From the NCBI RefSeq assembly GCF_009914755.1, contig NC_060939.1: a stretch of 64,000 bases of DNA. One strand, given 5' to 3'. The notes under the pieces are model-generated. The model saw only the letters and a program-made list of their open reading frames with translations, was not told the origin of the DNA and made no database searches. The stretch is from the human T2T-CHM13v2.0 reference genome, Homo sapiens. Shown piece after piece: positions 1-13,460 of this stretch. Positions within the stretch are counted from its first letter, which is position 1. Each line of letters opens with the position of its first letter. A program made the translations under genes and the position numbers.

Positions 1-275
1 ATTGTGGTCTGAGAATGTGGTATGTGCGATGCTGATTTTTCTGAGATTTGTTGAGACTTGCTTTATGGCTTAGTATGTGAGCAGCCTCTGTAAACACGCC
101 AAGTGTGCTTGAGAAAAATGTTGGTTTTGATGAACATTCTTGATAATTGGTTCGGAGACTTTTATATTTCTATTAAATCAAGGTTGTAGATTAGGTTGTT
201 CAAGTCTTCTGTGTCTTTTCTAATGTGCGCTGCCTCATCTGTCAGTATTCGAAGAAGACATGTTGAAACCTCCCA
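1..275 (-). mobile_element. Old L1M ORF2-region fragment (continues off the left edge)
   Basis: attgtggtctgagaatgtgg...tttgttgagacttgctttatggc resembles antisense L1 ORF2; similar to 24850-25100. Confidence 0.65.
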
Positions 276-892
276 CCAGCATCTTTGTTGGCCTGTGGAG
301 GGGTGGGGCATGGCTGACCTCAGCATTCTTCAGGCAATCCTTTCCTTGATGTTAGTGGCCACTCTAGCTTTTGCTCACTGTACCTGTGGTTTCTGAGTTT
401 AGAATTTTTTCATCTCTGCAATAGTCTGTTTTGGTGGTTTCTTCTGCTGTGGTTTCTTGCCAACATAAACTTTCTAATATCCAGAAATTCCTCAGAATGT
501 TTTATCTGGTAATCATATCCTTTCTTGTTTTATAGTTGTCATTACAACTTGTGTGTTTTCTGCGATTTGAATGGAATTTTGCAAAGGAAAGAGGAAAACA
601 AATACCTTTGCTCAATCTGCCATCTTGACCCTACATAAGACACATTTTTATCCTTCTTTTCCTCCTTTTTTTTTTTTGCAATAAATGTTTATTGGGCAAG
701 TAATTTTTCTAGACCTCTGCTTCTCTACCTTCTTCCCATAAAATGGGAAGAAGAATAATATTCATCGCAATGACATATAAGGAACATTAATAAGATAATG
801 TTCATGAAAGTGCTTTGCAAAGTGTAAAGATTTATTCAAATGCAAAGGATGGCCTTTAGTTCCTTACTTTAACTCACTCTCCTTTTGTGTAG

Positions 893-953
893 CCAGTGTT
901 ATAAAGCAGCTCAGCTACATTAGAGAAAAGTGATTAATTGTGGTTAGCATATC
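893..953 (+). pseudogene. Exon remnant (SVIKQLSYIREK*LIVVSIS), phase 1>2
   Basis: ctctccttttgtgtag acceptor, TC|gtgaga donor, one TGA. Confidence 0.45.
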
Positions 954-1202
954 GTGAGAGGCTCAAACAAAATTTTATTGTTACTTCTTGAGAAAATTTA
1001 CTGCCAAGAAACTATTGAATACCTTAAGAGAAAGTCACATATTTAATAAATGAAAATATTATTTAGTCTAAAAACTAATGCTACAATGAGTATCTTTTTT
1101 CCTCCCTATTGTCTTATACTATACTTTTGACATGCATACTCAATTAGGCATTTCTCCTTTAAAAATAACATTTTACTTAAAAAACCTTATTTTCTGATTC
1201 AG

Positions 1203-1275
1203 CATATTCAATAAATTTATTTACTTTAGCTTAGAAAGTTAATATGAAGCAACAGAAAGAATGCTGAAATTTCAA
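1203..1275 (+). pseudogene. Exon remnant (IFNKFIYFSLES*YEATERMLKFQ), phase 2>0
   Basis: ttattttctgattcag acceptor; donor reads gcaagg (GC-type or mutated); phase fits neighbours. Confidence 0.4.
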
Positions 1276-2054
1276 GCAAGGCATTTTTAAGGGACAAAAT
1301 GAGTAATTGATGTAAAAGACAGAGTGGTTTATATCAGAATGTATTGAATTCTGCCTGACTACAATATTTTTCATATTCCTACATTGCACCAAGGCAAAAT
1401 AAACAATTCTGAATTAAATTCAACAACCATGTATTGAGTGCTATTTTTTGTGTCAAGTTTTGTGCTAAGTGCTGTGGAATTCATAAAGAGGTGAGACCCA
1501 ATCTGCCCTCTAAAGACAGGAAACAACAAATAGGTTAGTGAGGGCTAAGATATAAATTACTCTAATAAACATATCACACTCTTTTGTGAGATCAGGAACA
1601 GCCTATGGAGAAAGTAGCATTTGAGATGGGATTGAAGAATGCTTAGGGGTTTCGTAGGCAGATATTAGAGGAATGCATTCCAAGTCATTTTTGTAAATGT
1701 TCTGTGGAAGCTTGTAAAGATGTACTTTCCATTTGTGTTATAAATATAGTTGTATATAATACGTGTGCAATTTTCCATGTAATTGTATCATTTCTTTTCT
1801 CTGTGTGGGTATGCTCTTATATTTCTTAGGTTCTACTAGAAGTAACTAAAATTAAGTGACTTCCTAAGTATGTTCCAGCCTTAACATTATCTGAATGTAG
1901 GAGTGACCACTAAACTACAAACACATATCATAAACCCCTTGAATAGAGTTGATGTCTTTTGTATAGTGGGAGAAAATCCATGAGCTTTCAAACACACAGG
2001 CCTGAGCTTGACTCTCTGGTTCTTGCTTAGGCAGGCTACAAGTAAGTTCACTAA

Positions 2055-2370
<316 letters not shown>

Positions 2371-2958
2371 CTCTTTATCTTTAAAATGGGAGGATCATGT
2401 CAATATCGTAGAGTTTTAGTGAAGATTAAGGAGGTGATTTCCGTAAAGTGTTTGGTATGAGAATATGCTCAATGAATGGCAGCTATCACCATTATTAAAA
2501 AATTGATCTCTCAAGCCTAATGGAGAAAGATTCTTTATATAGACTAAGGGAATTGTGAAATCTGTGAGTGGGTATTTGTCCAACTGAAGTAGAATGCAAA
2601 GTGAGAAGAATGAGAGGGAATTAATATGGAGTTGGGGGTGAGGGCATCACCCATGAGAATAAAAAGACAAACATGGGATCCTAGAGAGGGGAGGTATACA
2701 GTCAGGAATCCGGAGTGTAGCTCCAAATTCCTTAACCACATCTGATGACCCACAGGCTCCGATTGGAGAGAAAGGAGAAGAAAATATGTAGGATGCTTTA
2801 AAATGGAATGACAGAGTGAGCAGTTGAGAAAGAAGAAAGAGCAAAAACCAGGATTTCCAAAGCTACAAGTGTCCATACCCTCCCAGGTGGAGAAGGAAGG
2901 GCTGGGAAGTCACTGGGATTTTCTCAGCAAAGGGTGGACCCAGGACTCCTTTTAAAAT

Positions 2959-2960
<2 letters not shown>

Positions 2961-2995
<35 letters not shown>

Positions 2996-3020
2996 CTCAC
3001 TCACTCTCTCTCTCTCTTCT
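2961..3020. repeat. (CA)n / (CT)n microsatellite
   Basis: Directly visible. Confidence 0.9.
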
Positions 3021-3755
3021 CTAGAGCCAGAAAGTGATGTTAAGCACCAAATTCCAGTGTCTTGAATCATTATTTAATAAGGAACCTCAGAGATAATCTA
3101 GTCTAACCTACTGATTTTACATATGAGGATAATGAATTTTTTGGAGGTTATGTGGCTTGCCCAGGACCACACAGTTGTTTAACCCAGACCTGGAGGGTGA
3201 ATGGTCTAGAAACAAAATAATCTTCACACACCCAGTTGTGGCTTCTGAGACCTTTAGGCAAGGGAAAGCTTGGGGGTACTTGGAAGAGAGTATTTGTGGT
3301 TTTAAATCAGATACAGTTTAAACCAGGTACATTAAATGTGTTCAAAGCTATTTGTAAGATACCTCAGCTGTATAGTTTGTTCTGTCAGTATGCTTGCGCT
3401 ATAGAGATGGTTAGTTTTGTACATCAACCATCTGAGTGTGTTGGAAGGTGGTAGGAAGGGAAGGGAAGGGGTGAAACCATGCCTCCTCATTAATCAACTT
3501 ATCATATTATGATTCATCAACATATTATTTGCAGAGAGCCTACCATGTGCCAGGCATTATTCAAAGTGGTTCGCATATATGCCGATAAGCCAGACAGACA
3601 AATATCCTGACCTCACGTTCTGACACTCTTGCTCCTGGAAGTGTAGCAGAAAAGCAGGAACCTGAGAACTGCCAGGGCCTAAATGTAATGTTATATCCGT
3701 TTCACAGTTCCTGCTTCATGCCTATTCTAAGTCCCACCTCTTCCAGAACACCTAA

Positions 3756-4043
<288 letters not shown>

Positions 4044-4294
4044 TGCATCTCTGGTCTTTAAATGCCCTTTGCTGTATATTCTATAACATCAAGTCTCAGA
4101 TCTGGTTTGACCTCAGTTGGCCTCTTAATAGTTTTCCCCTATGAACATTCTGGTCTCCCAGTAAGCCTGTAAGCAGCTGAGACTGGGAAACCATCTCTTA
4201 TATCCCACATCGTCCTATGGTGCACAGCGTTGGACACATGATGCGTGAGTACAGCGCATGTTTAGTGAACCTTTACATCACCACACTGGAGCAG

Positions 4295-4519
4295 AAAAGC
4301 TGTATCATGACTGATGAGGACCCCCATCAGAGGCAAGAGGCATGGTGGAGTCTTGCTGGAGGACCCACTAGCAAAACCACTCTGGAAATCTCGGATAGTA
4401 AAGACTCTGTTAGTACCCTGAAGGCCGCTTACTTGGAACCGTATCTTCTAAATGCTCTGAAAACCTATCCAAAGGCAATTAAAATCACAAATATCATTGA
4501 AAACATCTAAGAACTACGT
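4295..4519 (+). pseudogene. Exon remnant (KSCIMTDEDPHQ...KITNIIENI*ELR), phase 0>0
   Basis: 225 nt, one TAA, CGT|gtaagc donor; weak acceptor; same frame as ORF 4217..4510. Confidence 0.55.
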
Positions 4520-4778
4520 GTAAGCACTTCGGGATAGTCAGGTAAAGGCGGCCCTCTAATTATGAAGCATTTTGATAATTAATAGAATTCTAAGCCAAAG
4601 CTTAAATCTGGATACACATCATAATGGTTAAGCCAAATAACACTTAATCATTTTACCTTTTATTATTGATAAAGACAACACACTGAAGTAGACAGACAGT
4701 AAAGAAAAAGTCCACATCTTTTTATTGGGTCCAAATAACCTGATTGTAAATACTTAGCCTCTGATTTTCATGTTTCAG

Positions 4779-4898
4779 AATTTGTATGTTAATGACCTTA
4801 GTAGATGTGGCTTTGTCCAGCCTCAAAAAGGGTTGCTCTCCAGCCAGGGCCCCTTTTTTCCAGTTACTGCTCCCATCTCCTTTAAGTATATTCAACTG
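4779..4898 (+). pseudogene. Exon remnant (NLYVNDLSRCGFVQPQKGLLSSQGPFFPVTAPISFKYIQL), phase 0>0
   Basis: tttcatgtttcag acceptor, CTG|gtgagt donor, 120 nt with no stop. Confidence 0.7.
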
Positions 4899-5235
4899 GT
4901 GAGTGAACTCTTTATCCCGTGTGACAAATGCGTATTGAGGCCCTAACATGCCCCAGACCTCAGATGTGCTGCTCATACATTTGAGGTAGCCCTGACTTGT
5001 TTTGGGGGTGTGGGGGTGGGCTTTTCCATCAGTTGTCTTGGTTGATGTGCCAGTCAGCCAATTCCAAATTGCACTGAGTTTTCTTCATTTTACTTTTGTA
5101 TATTAAAAACTAAATAGTTTTTTGCAGCATCGTAGAATAGATTAGAAACCAAGACTTCTGTTTCACAATTTATAAAATTGGACAAATGTATTGTCAGTGA
5201 TTCTGCAATGTTTCTGCCCATTTTTCCCTCTTCAG

Positions 5236-5247
5236 GAAGTTGTAGAG
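5236..5247 (+). pseudogene. 12-nt microexon (EVVE), phase 0>0
   Basis: ccatttttccctcttcag acceptor and GAG|gtaaga donor 12 nt apart; in phase with flanking exons. Confidence 0.55.
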
Positions 5248-5608
5248 GTAAGATGCCCTATTCCTGCTATGCTTATGTTGGGCATTATACCAGAAACTGA
5301 AGATTCAAAGGTGGGTCCCCACTCCTAGAAGCCCTTCAAGGGGCAGAGGTTCCCAGAGAGGACCATAATCCAGTGTGAAAACTGTTGTACTGTGTGTGGA
5401 TCAAGTGTCATGAGAACCCACGTAACAGCATGGCTGATTCTGCTGAGGAAAGTCAGGGAATGTTTCACAGCAGAGAGGACATTCAGGTTAGGGCATGTTG
5501 CCTAAGTAGGAGTTTCTCAGTTGAAGAAGATTGGAGGTGGAAGGGGAGGGAGGTAAACTTCTCAGGCAGAGGGAAAAGCAGGTGCAAAGGCAGGAAGTCT
5601 GTAGAAGT

Positions 5609-6193
5609 TCAGATTCCATTACCCAAAACCCTTGAGACTCAGATGTGTTTCAGAATTTGGATTCTTTTGGATATTCCACATATTGTACATTATGCGTAAT
5701 ACAATATATATTGTATATTATAACATATAATACAATATATAGTATATTATAACATATAATACAATATATAGTATAACATATAATACAATATATATTGTAT
5801 ATTATAACATATAATACAATATATAGTATAACATATAATACAATATATATTGTATATTATAACATATAATACAATATATATTGTATATTATAACATATAA
5901 TACTATATATTGTATATTATAACATATAATACAATATATTGTATATTATATAACATCCCCAGCAGGTTCTAGTCAAATACATGAATATATCCAGGACAAA
6001 AAGGTTAAATAGTCATACTAAATGGGATAAGGAAGACTATCAATAGTATCACATCAATTAAGTCATGTTTTGTGGCCAAATGAGTTTGAACACCAAACTT
6101 ACAAAGAGAACAAAAAACAACAACCAAAAGAACACCTTAGGTTTTTAAGCCTTTTGAATCTTGGAATCTTGAATACAAGGACTGTGGCTGCAG
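5609..6193 (-). mobile_element. MER46C (TcMar-Tigger) DNA transposon relic with internal minisatellite
   Basis: acccttgagactcagatgtgtttcagaattt...ttttgtggccaaatgagtttgaacaccaaacttac matches recalled MER46C. Confidence 0.75.
5698..5956. repeat. AT-rich minisatellite, ~24-31-bp units (tacaatatatattgtatattataacatataa)
   Basis: About 9 imperfect tandem copies visible. Confidence 0.9.
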
Positions 6194-6199
6194 GTCCAG

Positions 6200-6400
6200 C
6201 AGATTTCTAGAGCTAACTCTCATTAAGCTGACTGAGGTCACATGCTCATCCCTGACCCAGTGGAGATAAATGTGCTGATTGCCAGGCTGAAGTCCTGGGC
6301 ACACCCTAGAATGGCAGGATGCTCAGCCTGCCAGGATCACAAAGTGACCTCAGAGTGCTGTTTGCAGGAAAATGGACACTTAGTAGGTAAAAATCATAAG
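6200..6400 (-). mobile_element. Old MLT1 (MaLR LTR) fragment
   Basis: gaggtcacatgctcatccctgacccag motif typical of MLT1K/L. Confidence 0.5.
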
Positions 6401-7336
6401 CGATAATTATATATGCATCACAGATGTACCCACATAATATTGACTGTGTAATGCAGCCCAGAGCAGAACCAGGATTCAGACCATCATCTCTCCTATTCCA
6501 GAGCCCACATCAGATTAGGCTGCTCACACATCAGTGGAAAACAGTCTGCCCCATGTAACCCACTGCTCAATTATGTGATACAGACAATTAGAACTTAGCA
6601 AAGTACATAATAAGTTGCTAATTGCATGGAGTACAGTGCACCCATTCGTTGAAATGATTTAGAGAAGTAAAAGACTTTAGCAGGCTGGAAGGATGTGTTA
6701 GAAGTGATGGTAGAGACCTTATCCCTCTGATTTCTGCTCCAGGGACTCTCTTTTTTTAAGTTTAATTGCAAACAAACACTGAACTTGAGGAGGGAAGGAT
6801 TAACAGGCAGATTTTCCTGGGCCCTGAATGAACCTCTGAAACCACAGGACATAAATTACAGAGGAATGGAAACAAGGGGGAAGCATCGTCTAATTTATTG
6901 ACAAGGGAAGAAAAGCAAGGGAATCATTAAGGGTTAGAGGCTCTAAGCCAGCTTCTGAGGTGCTTAGAACAAAGTATGATGATGGCAGACAGAAGTAAGT
7001 CTCTATGACCTCATGAAGGACTTGTTTCTCTGCTTTCCCAGAGGCTCCTAGAATTGAAACCAACTAAAGACCTGAAAGGGCACTCCAAGTGCATCTGGCC
7101 CAACGCTCCCTGATTTTAGTTACAGGAAATCCGAGGCCCAAGGAGGGGAAAAATTTGATAAGGTTACAGCTTAAAGAAAAATAATGACTAAACCATTTCT
7201 TTTCTTTCTTTCTTTTTTCTTTTTCTTTTTTTCTTTTTTTTTTTTGCTGAAATTCGGTAGTGAATTCAAGTTCTCTTAAGGCACAGTTATTCTATAACAA
7301 TGCGTGGTTTGGAGGTTGTGTGTTTTCTCTTTACAG

Positions 7337-7382
7337 GGATTTAATAAAATAAAAATGCAAACTACTTTTGAAATAGCTATAA
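7337..7382 (+). pseudogene. Exon remnant (GFNKIKMQTTFEIAI), 3' boundary uncertain
   Basis: tgttttctctttacag acceptor; A|gtaaaa donor gives phase 1, matching the next exon. Confidence 0.5.
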
Positions 7383-7801
7383 GTAAAAATACCCAGAAGT
7401 CTGTGGTCAGAGGCAATGTCCATGTATTTCCTTAATTCAGGATCAGCCCACAGATTTCAACACCAGTACTTACTGAGCATCTACTTTGTGGTCAGGTGTT
7501 AGATACTCTCCTTTAATCTCCACCAGAGCCCTCTGTGACAGGGGTTGTGGGGGTAGACAGATAACTAGCTTGCTGAATATAACTTGTTAAAGGGTGGGGC
7601 TTGGAGTCCTCAGCCATGTTGAGTGATACCGTGCTGCCCCGAGAGTTTCTGTGCTGTAGATCCTGGTCTCTTGGACTGTTTTCCCCATAATTCCCCATCC
7701 CTACCTTTCCTACCCTGCAAGATTGTGTTGGATATAACTTGCTCACTAGGCCTTCAAAGGCCGGGTCATTTTCCCCCCTGGTTTATAAATTGGCCTCTTA
7801 T

Positions 7802-7850
7802 CCCAGGGCCCCCCCTCTTTCCCCCTGCTCCCCGCTCCCCCTGCCATTCC
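7802..7850 (-). other. Putative G-quadruplex motif
   Basis: Minus strand GGGGG-AGC-GGGG-AGCA-GGGGG-AAAGA-GGGGGGG. Confidence 0.6.
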
Positions 7851-8319
7851 CAGTTGGTCATCACCTTGAGAGATCTCCAGACATTGGCATTTCTTTCCAC
7901 GGGGCACCTCCCTGTCTTTTCACCCTGAGTACTTAACTGGGATTCTTTGAAAAACACATCAGCAGAGAGTACTGTCATTTTTTTTTTCCCTAAACACTTA
8001 AACTCACATAGGTGTGGAAGTTTATGCCAAGGAATCTTGGAACCAGAAGGGAGCAAGGGACCAACCCTCTCTCGTTAGAGATTTGGAAACTGCAGGACAG
8101 ATAGAGTAATTGGCCCAACTTCGCATAGCAACGCTAAAAGTTAATTTATGAAGTGGACCCCTCACTCAGAGCAGTGCCCGGATAGCTGTGGCATTCATAA
8201 TGTGGAACTGCCCTCGACTGTACTGGCGGACCCTGTAAGAGGCAGCACGTTGCAATCATGGTGTTTCCTGGAAGCATTTTAAGACCCCTGTTCACTAGAT
8301 CCCAGAGAGGTCTTTGCTT

Positions 8320-8830
8320 TAGTTTGGGTTCCCCCAGACACAGCTGAGCCAAGGACCTGAGTGCCAGTGGTTCCTTTGGCAGGTGGTTCTACTGGTGAAA
8401 ACACCAGCAGAGGACAGAGGAAGTGAGATAGGAAGGGAAGCGGCCTGATACAGGGGTGTTATCAAGCCAGTAGCCACTGTGGGCACCAGAGCTGAATCCT
8501 GCTGGAGACATCTAGGAGTCAGTGAAGCACACACCTCAGAATTACCCAGCAATGAAGCAAGGAAGCAGGCATATTTGTCCACCAGCTCCTTTTTCATTGT
8601 TAGTTGAGTACTGCTATAGGAGCATTACCTCTTTAGCACTTCCAACTTGCTCCTGGACAAGAACAAAGACACCCCCCCCACACACACACACACACATGAA
8701 AGAGAGTCACAGTGTTTCTAGCAAACTGCCTTCAGGAGCTGAGAGAGGAAGGAATGTAGCAGTGCATGGGCAGAGGATCCACAAGAGGAAGCGCCATCAG
8801 CGGTCAAAACCAGGGAAGCCAGAACAGCTG
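8320..8830 (-). mobile_element. LTR16-family (ERVL) solo LTR
   Basis: gggttcccccagacacagctgagccaagg...ccactgtgggcacc...acacacctcagaatt resembles recalled LTR16A/C. Confidence 0.6.
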
Positions 8831-9467
8831 GAGAGAGAAAGAGAGAGAGAGTGTGTGTGTGTGTGTTTGTAGGTGTGTGTGGGTGTGTGTGTCTGTCTTC
8901 CCCATGAATCCCATCATGCTTGCTTCTTGATTTTGTCCATTTGGAAGCTCAGAACCAATTTACACCCCACCTCTAGCTGTTGGATAAGACCTTAAGGGAA
9001 TGTCATCTCTTCACCCACCTTACCCTTTATTTCTCTTATTTATTTCCCTTCTGCCTCTCTTTCTTTGTATACTTATTATTATCCTGTTTGTGCCTTTGAA
9101 AGTCCCCTTAAGTTCCTTTCTTGGTATAGGATGAGTATAAATAAATACAAAAGCCAATTACACACCAAAAAGATACAAACTTGGGACTAGTCACAAGCAT
9201 CTGCCACACTGCTAGCTCTTCTCTAGTTTTACCTCAGAAATATTTTTTTTAACGAGGACTCCCTGGTCTTCACATGAAGGCCCTGACTGCATGGGAAAAC
9301 CACAGAATTCTTGCCCGTACATCAACCTTGCATTGAGAACTGCAAATAAAGCAAAATGCCTGTTTTCTTCAAAGTGGCCACAGAGACAGATGCCCATCAT
9401 CCCCACAATGCTACAAAATAGGATGCAGCACATGGGTGACATGATGAGAGGTCCTTGAAGGCCAAGT

Positions 9468-9539
9468 AGGATCCCGGGATTCTATTTTGCTGAATCAGGA
9501 TTCAGGATCCCATGATTCTGTTTTGCTGAATCAGGATTC
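9468..9539. repeat. 36-bp tandem duplication
   Basis: aggatcccNNgattctNttttgctgaatcaggattc x2, 3 mismatches. Confidence 0.9.
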
Positions 9540-9640
9540 AGGACCTTTTTCAAAACAAGTAAAACAGAAAAATAAAGTACAAGTACCAACAGAAGCAGCC
9601 TCCAGAACTTTTAATTGTTATACTCTTACCTCTTTTTCTC

Positions 9641-9937
9641 TTTTTTTTTTTTTGTTTTTCTTTTTTTAATTATACTTTAAGTTCTAGGGTACATGTGCAC
9701 AACGTGCTAGTTTGTCACATATGTATACATGTGCCATGTTGGTGCGCTGCACCCATTAACTCGTCATTTACATTAGATATATCTCCTCATGCTATCCCTC
9801 CCCCTTCCCCCGACCCCACAACAGGTCCCGGTGTGTGATGTTCCCCTTCCTGTGTCCAAGTGTTCTCATTGTTCAGTTCCCACCTATGAGTGAGAACACG
9901 CAGTGTTTGGTTTTTTGTCCTTGCTATAGTTTGCTGA
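9641..9937 (-). mobile_element. L1PA 3' end, ~300 bp, 5'-truncated
   Basis: ttatactttaagttctagggtacatgtgcacaacgtgc; TSD-like tctttYtctcttttt on both sides. Confidence 0.92.
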
Positions 9938-10231
9938 TCTTTCTCTCTTTTTTAAGAACAATCTTTAAAATGTTTCCTCCTATGCATGATTTTTGTTAAC
10001 TTTTTTACTGCTTGTCTATAGAGTATATGACAAATTTTCTTTAATCAGCATGTATTACTTTAAAATGGGGAGAAAATGAAAAAGTGTTGTCTCATCTGAA
10101 TATGTTTTTACCATAACATCCCCCAAAATGCCTTCTTTTCTAAAAATAGATGTTTTGCTAGAAGCATCCAGGGTAAAATGTGGCCTGCCACTCAGAAATC
10201 TAAAGTTTTAGTTGTTTTCTTTGCTGGTCAG

Positions 10232-10275
10232 GAGCCCTGAAGCAGCGGAGATTCTGCCCTCTGATATTCATGGAT
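10232..10275 (+). pseudogene. Exon remnant (ALKQRRFCPLIFMD), phase 1>0
   Basis: GAT|gtgagt donor; same spacing as recalled GREB1 LLKICKAKPVIFKG. Confidence 0.65.
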
Positions 10276-10776
10276 GTGAGTGCTGACCCACACGGAGGCT
10301 TTCTTTGCTATTTGATTTCATGTTTCAAGGGAAATGTTAAGTCAGATGTCACTGTTAAAGGGAAAGAGGGAGGAAAAGAAGAAAGAGAGAGAGAGAGGGA
10401 GGGAGGACAGGAGAAAGAAACCATATAAATCTAGAGTCCAGTCTTGTTTGTTTCTTTATTTGGCCCAGTGATCAATAATGTATTGACTAAACATCTTTCA
10501 AAAGTTATTTATTTATAATGCCTTCATTCTAAAAAGAATTTAAAATAATGTTTACAAATGTAGTGAATAGAATTTACAAGAAAACAAATAAGGGAGGAAA
10601 ATGGAGCAAAGAGGAAACTGGGTAGAAAAAATAGGACATGAGTAAGACTGGTGTCTAAACTCCGTGCCTTTACATCTAACTAGAGATGTGTCAAAAATTT
10701 TACTGTGAGCTCCCTAGCAGCCAAAGCAAAGAAAGAAACAATTGAATGTGTAACTCATAGGTAAAAATAAGTGAAA

Positions 10777-11070
<294 letters not shown>

Positions 11071-11405
11071 TAAGCTGATTTATTTATTTATTGAGTTAAG
11101 TAAGTTGGGGCAATAAAATAAAGCAGATAAAATATATTAGCCCTTTGACTCAAGAAGTCAATACCACTTTTTATGAGAACAATTAATAACACCTAACATC
11201 AGTGAACACTTCTTATATGCCAAGCACTAACCTAACCAATGTAATTATGACATAAGAACACCATGCATCAGGTAAAGCCAGTTATATTTTAAAAGTAGAA
11301 TTTGGGGTTTACAAATGGCTTTCTCGTTTGTGTTGTTACTTAATTGCTCACAACAACCCTATGAGAGATATTGGTCAGGAAAATATTTTTATATGAGGAA
11401 AGTAA

Positions 11406-11667
<262 letters not shown>

Positions 11668-12204
11668 TCAGATACACATTTTACACTACTTCATAATCTG
11701 GGAGCAAAACCCTGGTGATGGGAATATGGACATTTGGCTTTAGGATCTTAAGCTGAGTTTGTTCAGGTGAGTTGTCTACTCCTGGGCCTGCCATTAAGTG
11801 GCTGTGTGGTGTTGGGCGAGTCCTTCTTCTCCCTAGAGTGGCAGTGTCTTCAACTGGAAAATAAGAAGGTTGATGACTTGTCTGGGAAGATTCATTCCAG
11901 CTGTGACAGCCTGTTCATCTCTGGGTGTCTGTGGCTCCAGGCAGTTTCCCAGACTACACTCCAGGGTGTTCCCAGTCATTTTCACATTAGCAGTTGCTCT
12001 GTGGTACAGACGTGGCTGCGCCTCTGTGGATCATTGAACCTTCACCATTGCCCCAGCCTGCTTGGGGCTAGGGTGTGTGGGCTGTGAATTAAAGGCTGTG
12101 AGACGTCAGAACTCCCTTTGAGCCTGAGGTGTCCTATGGGGCATTTCCACCGTGTCGGCGGAACATGTTTCATTGTTCCTTCCTTGATACTTTGTCTTCC
12201 ATAG

Positions 12205-12338
12205 ATTTTTTGAAGGGATTCAAAGTGGAAAGCACCAGAAGTTGGAACTAGACCTGCTGAAGAACTCACTTTTTTTTTTTCCTTTTAAAACTTCTCTTGA
12301 GCCCAAAAATCACATGGACACATCTTGAATTCTTACAA
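12205..12338 (+). pseudogene. Possible exon remnant (FFEGIQSGKHQKLELDLLKNSL...), poly-T frameshift likely
   Basis: ctttgtcttccatag acceptor, CAA|gttagc donor; phase linkage to neighbours unresolved. Confidence 0.35.
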
Positions 12339-13460
12339 GTTAGCCGGGTCTCAGTGAAAGGGCTTCCCTGAGGGGTAGAATGCCGCATGCTCGTTTCCTA
12401 TGCCTAGATAAATAAACCCTGGCCCAGGCTTTAGGCTCCAGGTTTGTTTCTGGCATCCCTTTGCCTAAAAGTTTCTGTGTTGAATAAAACAGAAATGTTT
12501 AGCAAATCCCAAGAAATTCCTTATTTAATGGAAAAAAGAGATCCCTGGGCTTATATTTCAAAATGTGATTTCCATGTTCCCACTGCATTAAGGCAAGGTC
12601 GCCTCACCAAATCCCCAGATGTCTGGTATGCTTTTCGAAAAATGCCTGTATTTAGCCCCTAGAACACATTTTGAGTACCTATTGTGGACAGGATTCTCCT
12701 CTGAGCCCTGCAGGAGATAGAGCAGCCAAATGAGATGGAAACCCTTCCTTCAAATTTAGTTGTAATGGTTGCATTAGAATCTATAGGAAGTCTCAGCTTT
12801 TACCTACAGACAAGCTTTATTCCCCCACGCTGATCTTTTAAACTGTACAATATTGCATCTCTGTGTGGCCATCTGTCCTCCTTCATGACAATGGGAGATT
12901 CAGCTGCTGGGGTTGGCCACAAACAGCTTATCTTATTAGCTAACCTACCATGTATGAGCTGCCTTGGCAATATCCCTATTAATTATATTTTCTTTCTTCA
13001 GCATCTTAGAAGAGTGGGTTTTTTCATTTGCTTCATGTCTCTGCCAATCCTAACCTCTCTCTCCTAAAATGTTTATTTATCTTTTGTTATAAAAGTAGTT
13101 GATGTTTATTGTTGACAGAAAGAGAGAGAGAAACAGGGATGGATATTGCAGAGAAAAAATTTTAAAAAGCTATTTATAATAAAATAAAATCCTACCACAA
13201 CAAGCTTATTGTTGTTTATATTTTGGATTTACAAAATCTTTAGCTATTTATCCTCAACCCTTGCCAATTATGTGAATTTCCAGTTGGGTGAGAGTAGCTA
13301 TATTAAATAGTGAGCAGTTTTCCTGTATCATTAAATAGTCTTCAAAACCTTGATTGTTCATAGCTGAATAACATTTAATACTATGGGTGAAGCAATTATT
13401 TTAATTGTTTCCTTTGTGCTGGGATTGTAGATTGTTTCTATCTTTTTACTTCAAACTCAC

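Noticed and set aside
5698-5956. CRISPR-like repeat array
   Set aside because: Tandem units with no unique spacers, in a eukaryotic context; it is a minisatellite.
11941-12073. Segment reading QFPRLHSRVF, resembling GREB1 RFPRLHSAV
   Set aside because: It is out of order with the other GREB1-like blocks and the frame does not chain with its neighbours. It may be an exon in another frame, but the match is treated as chance.
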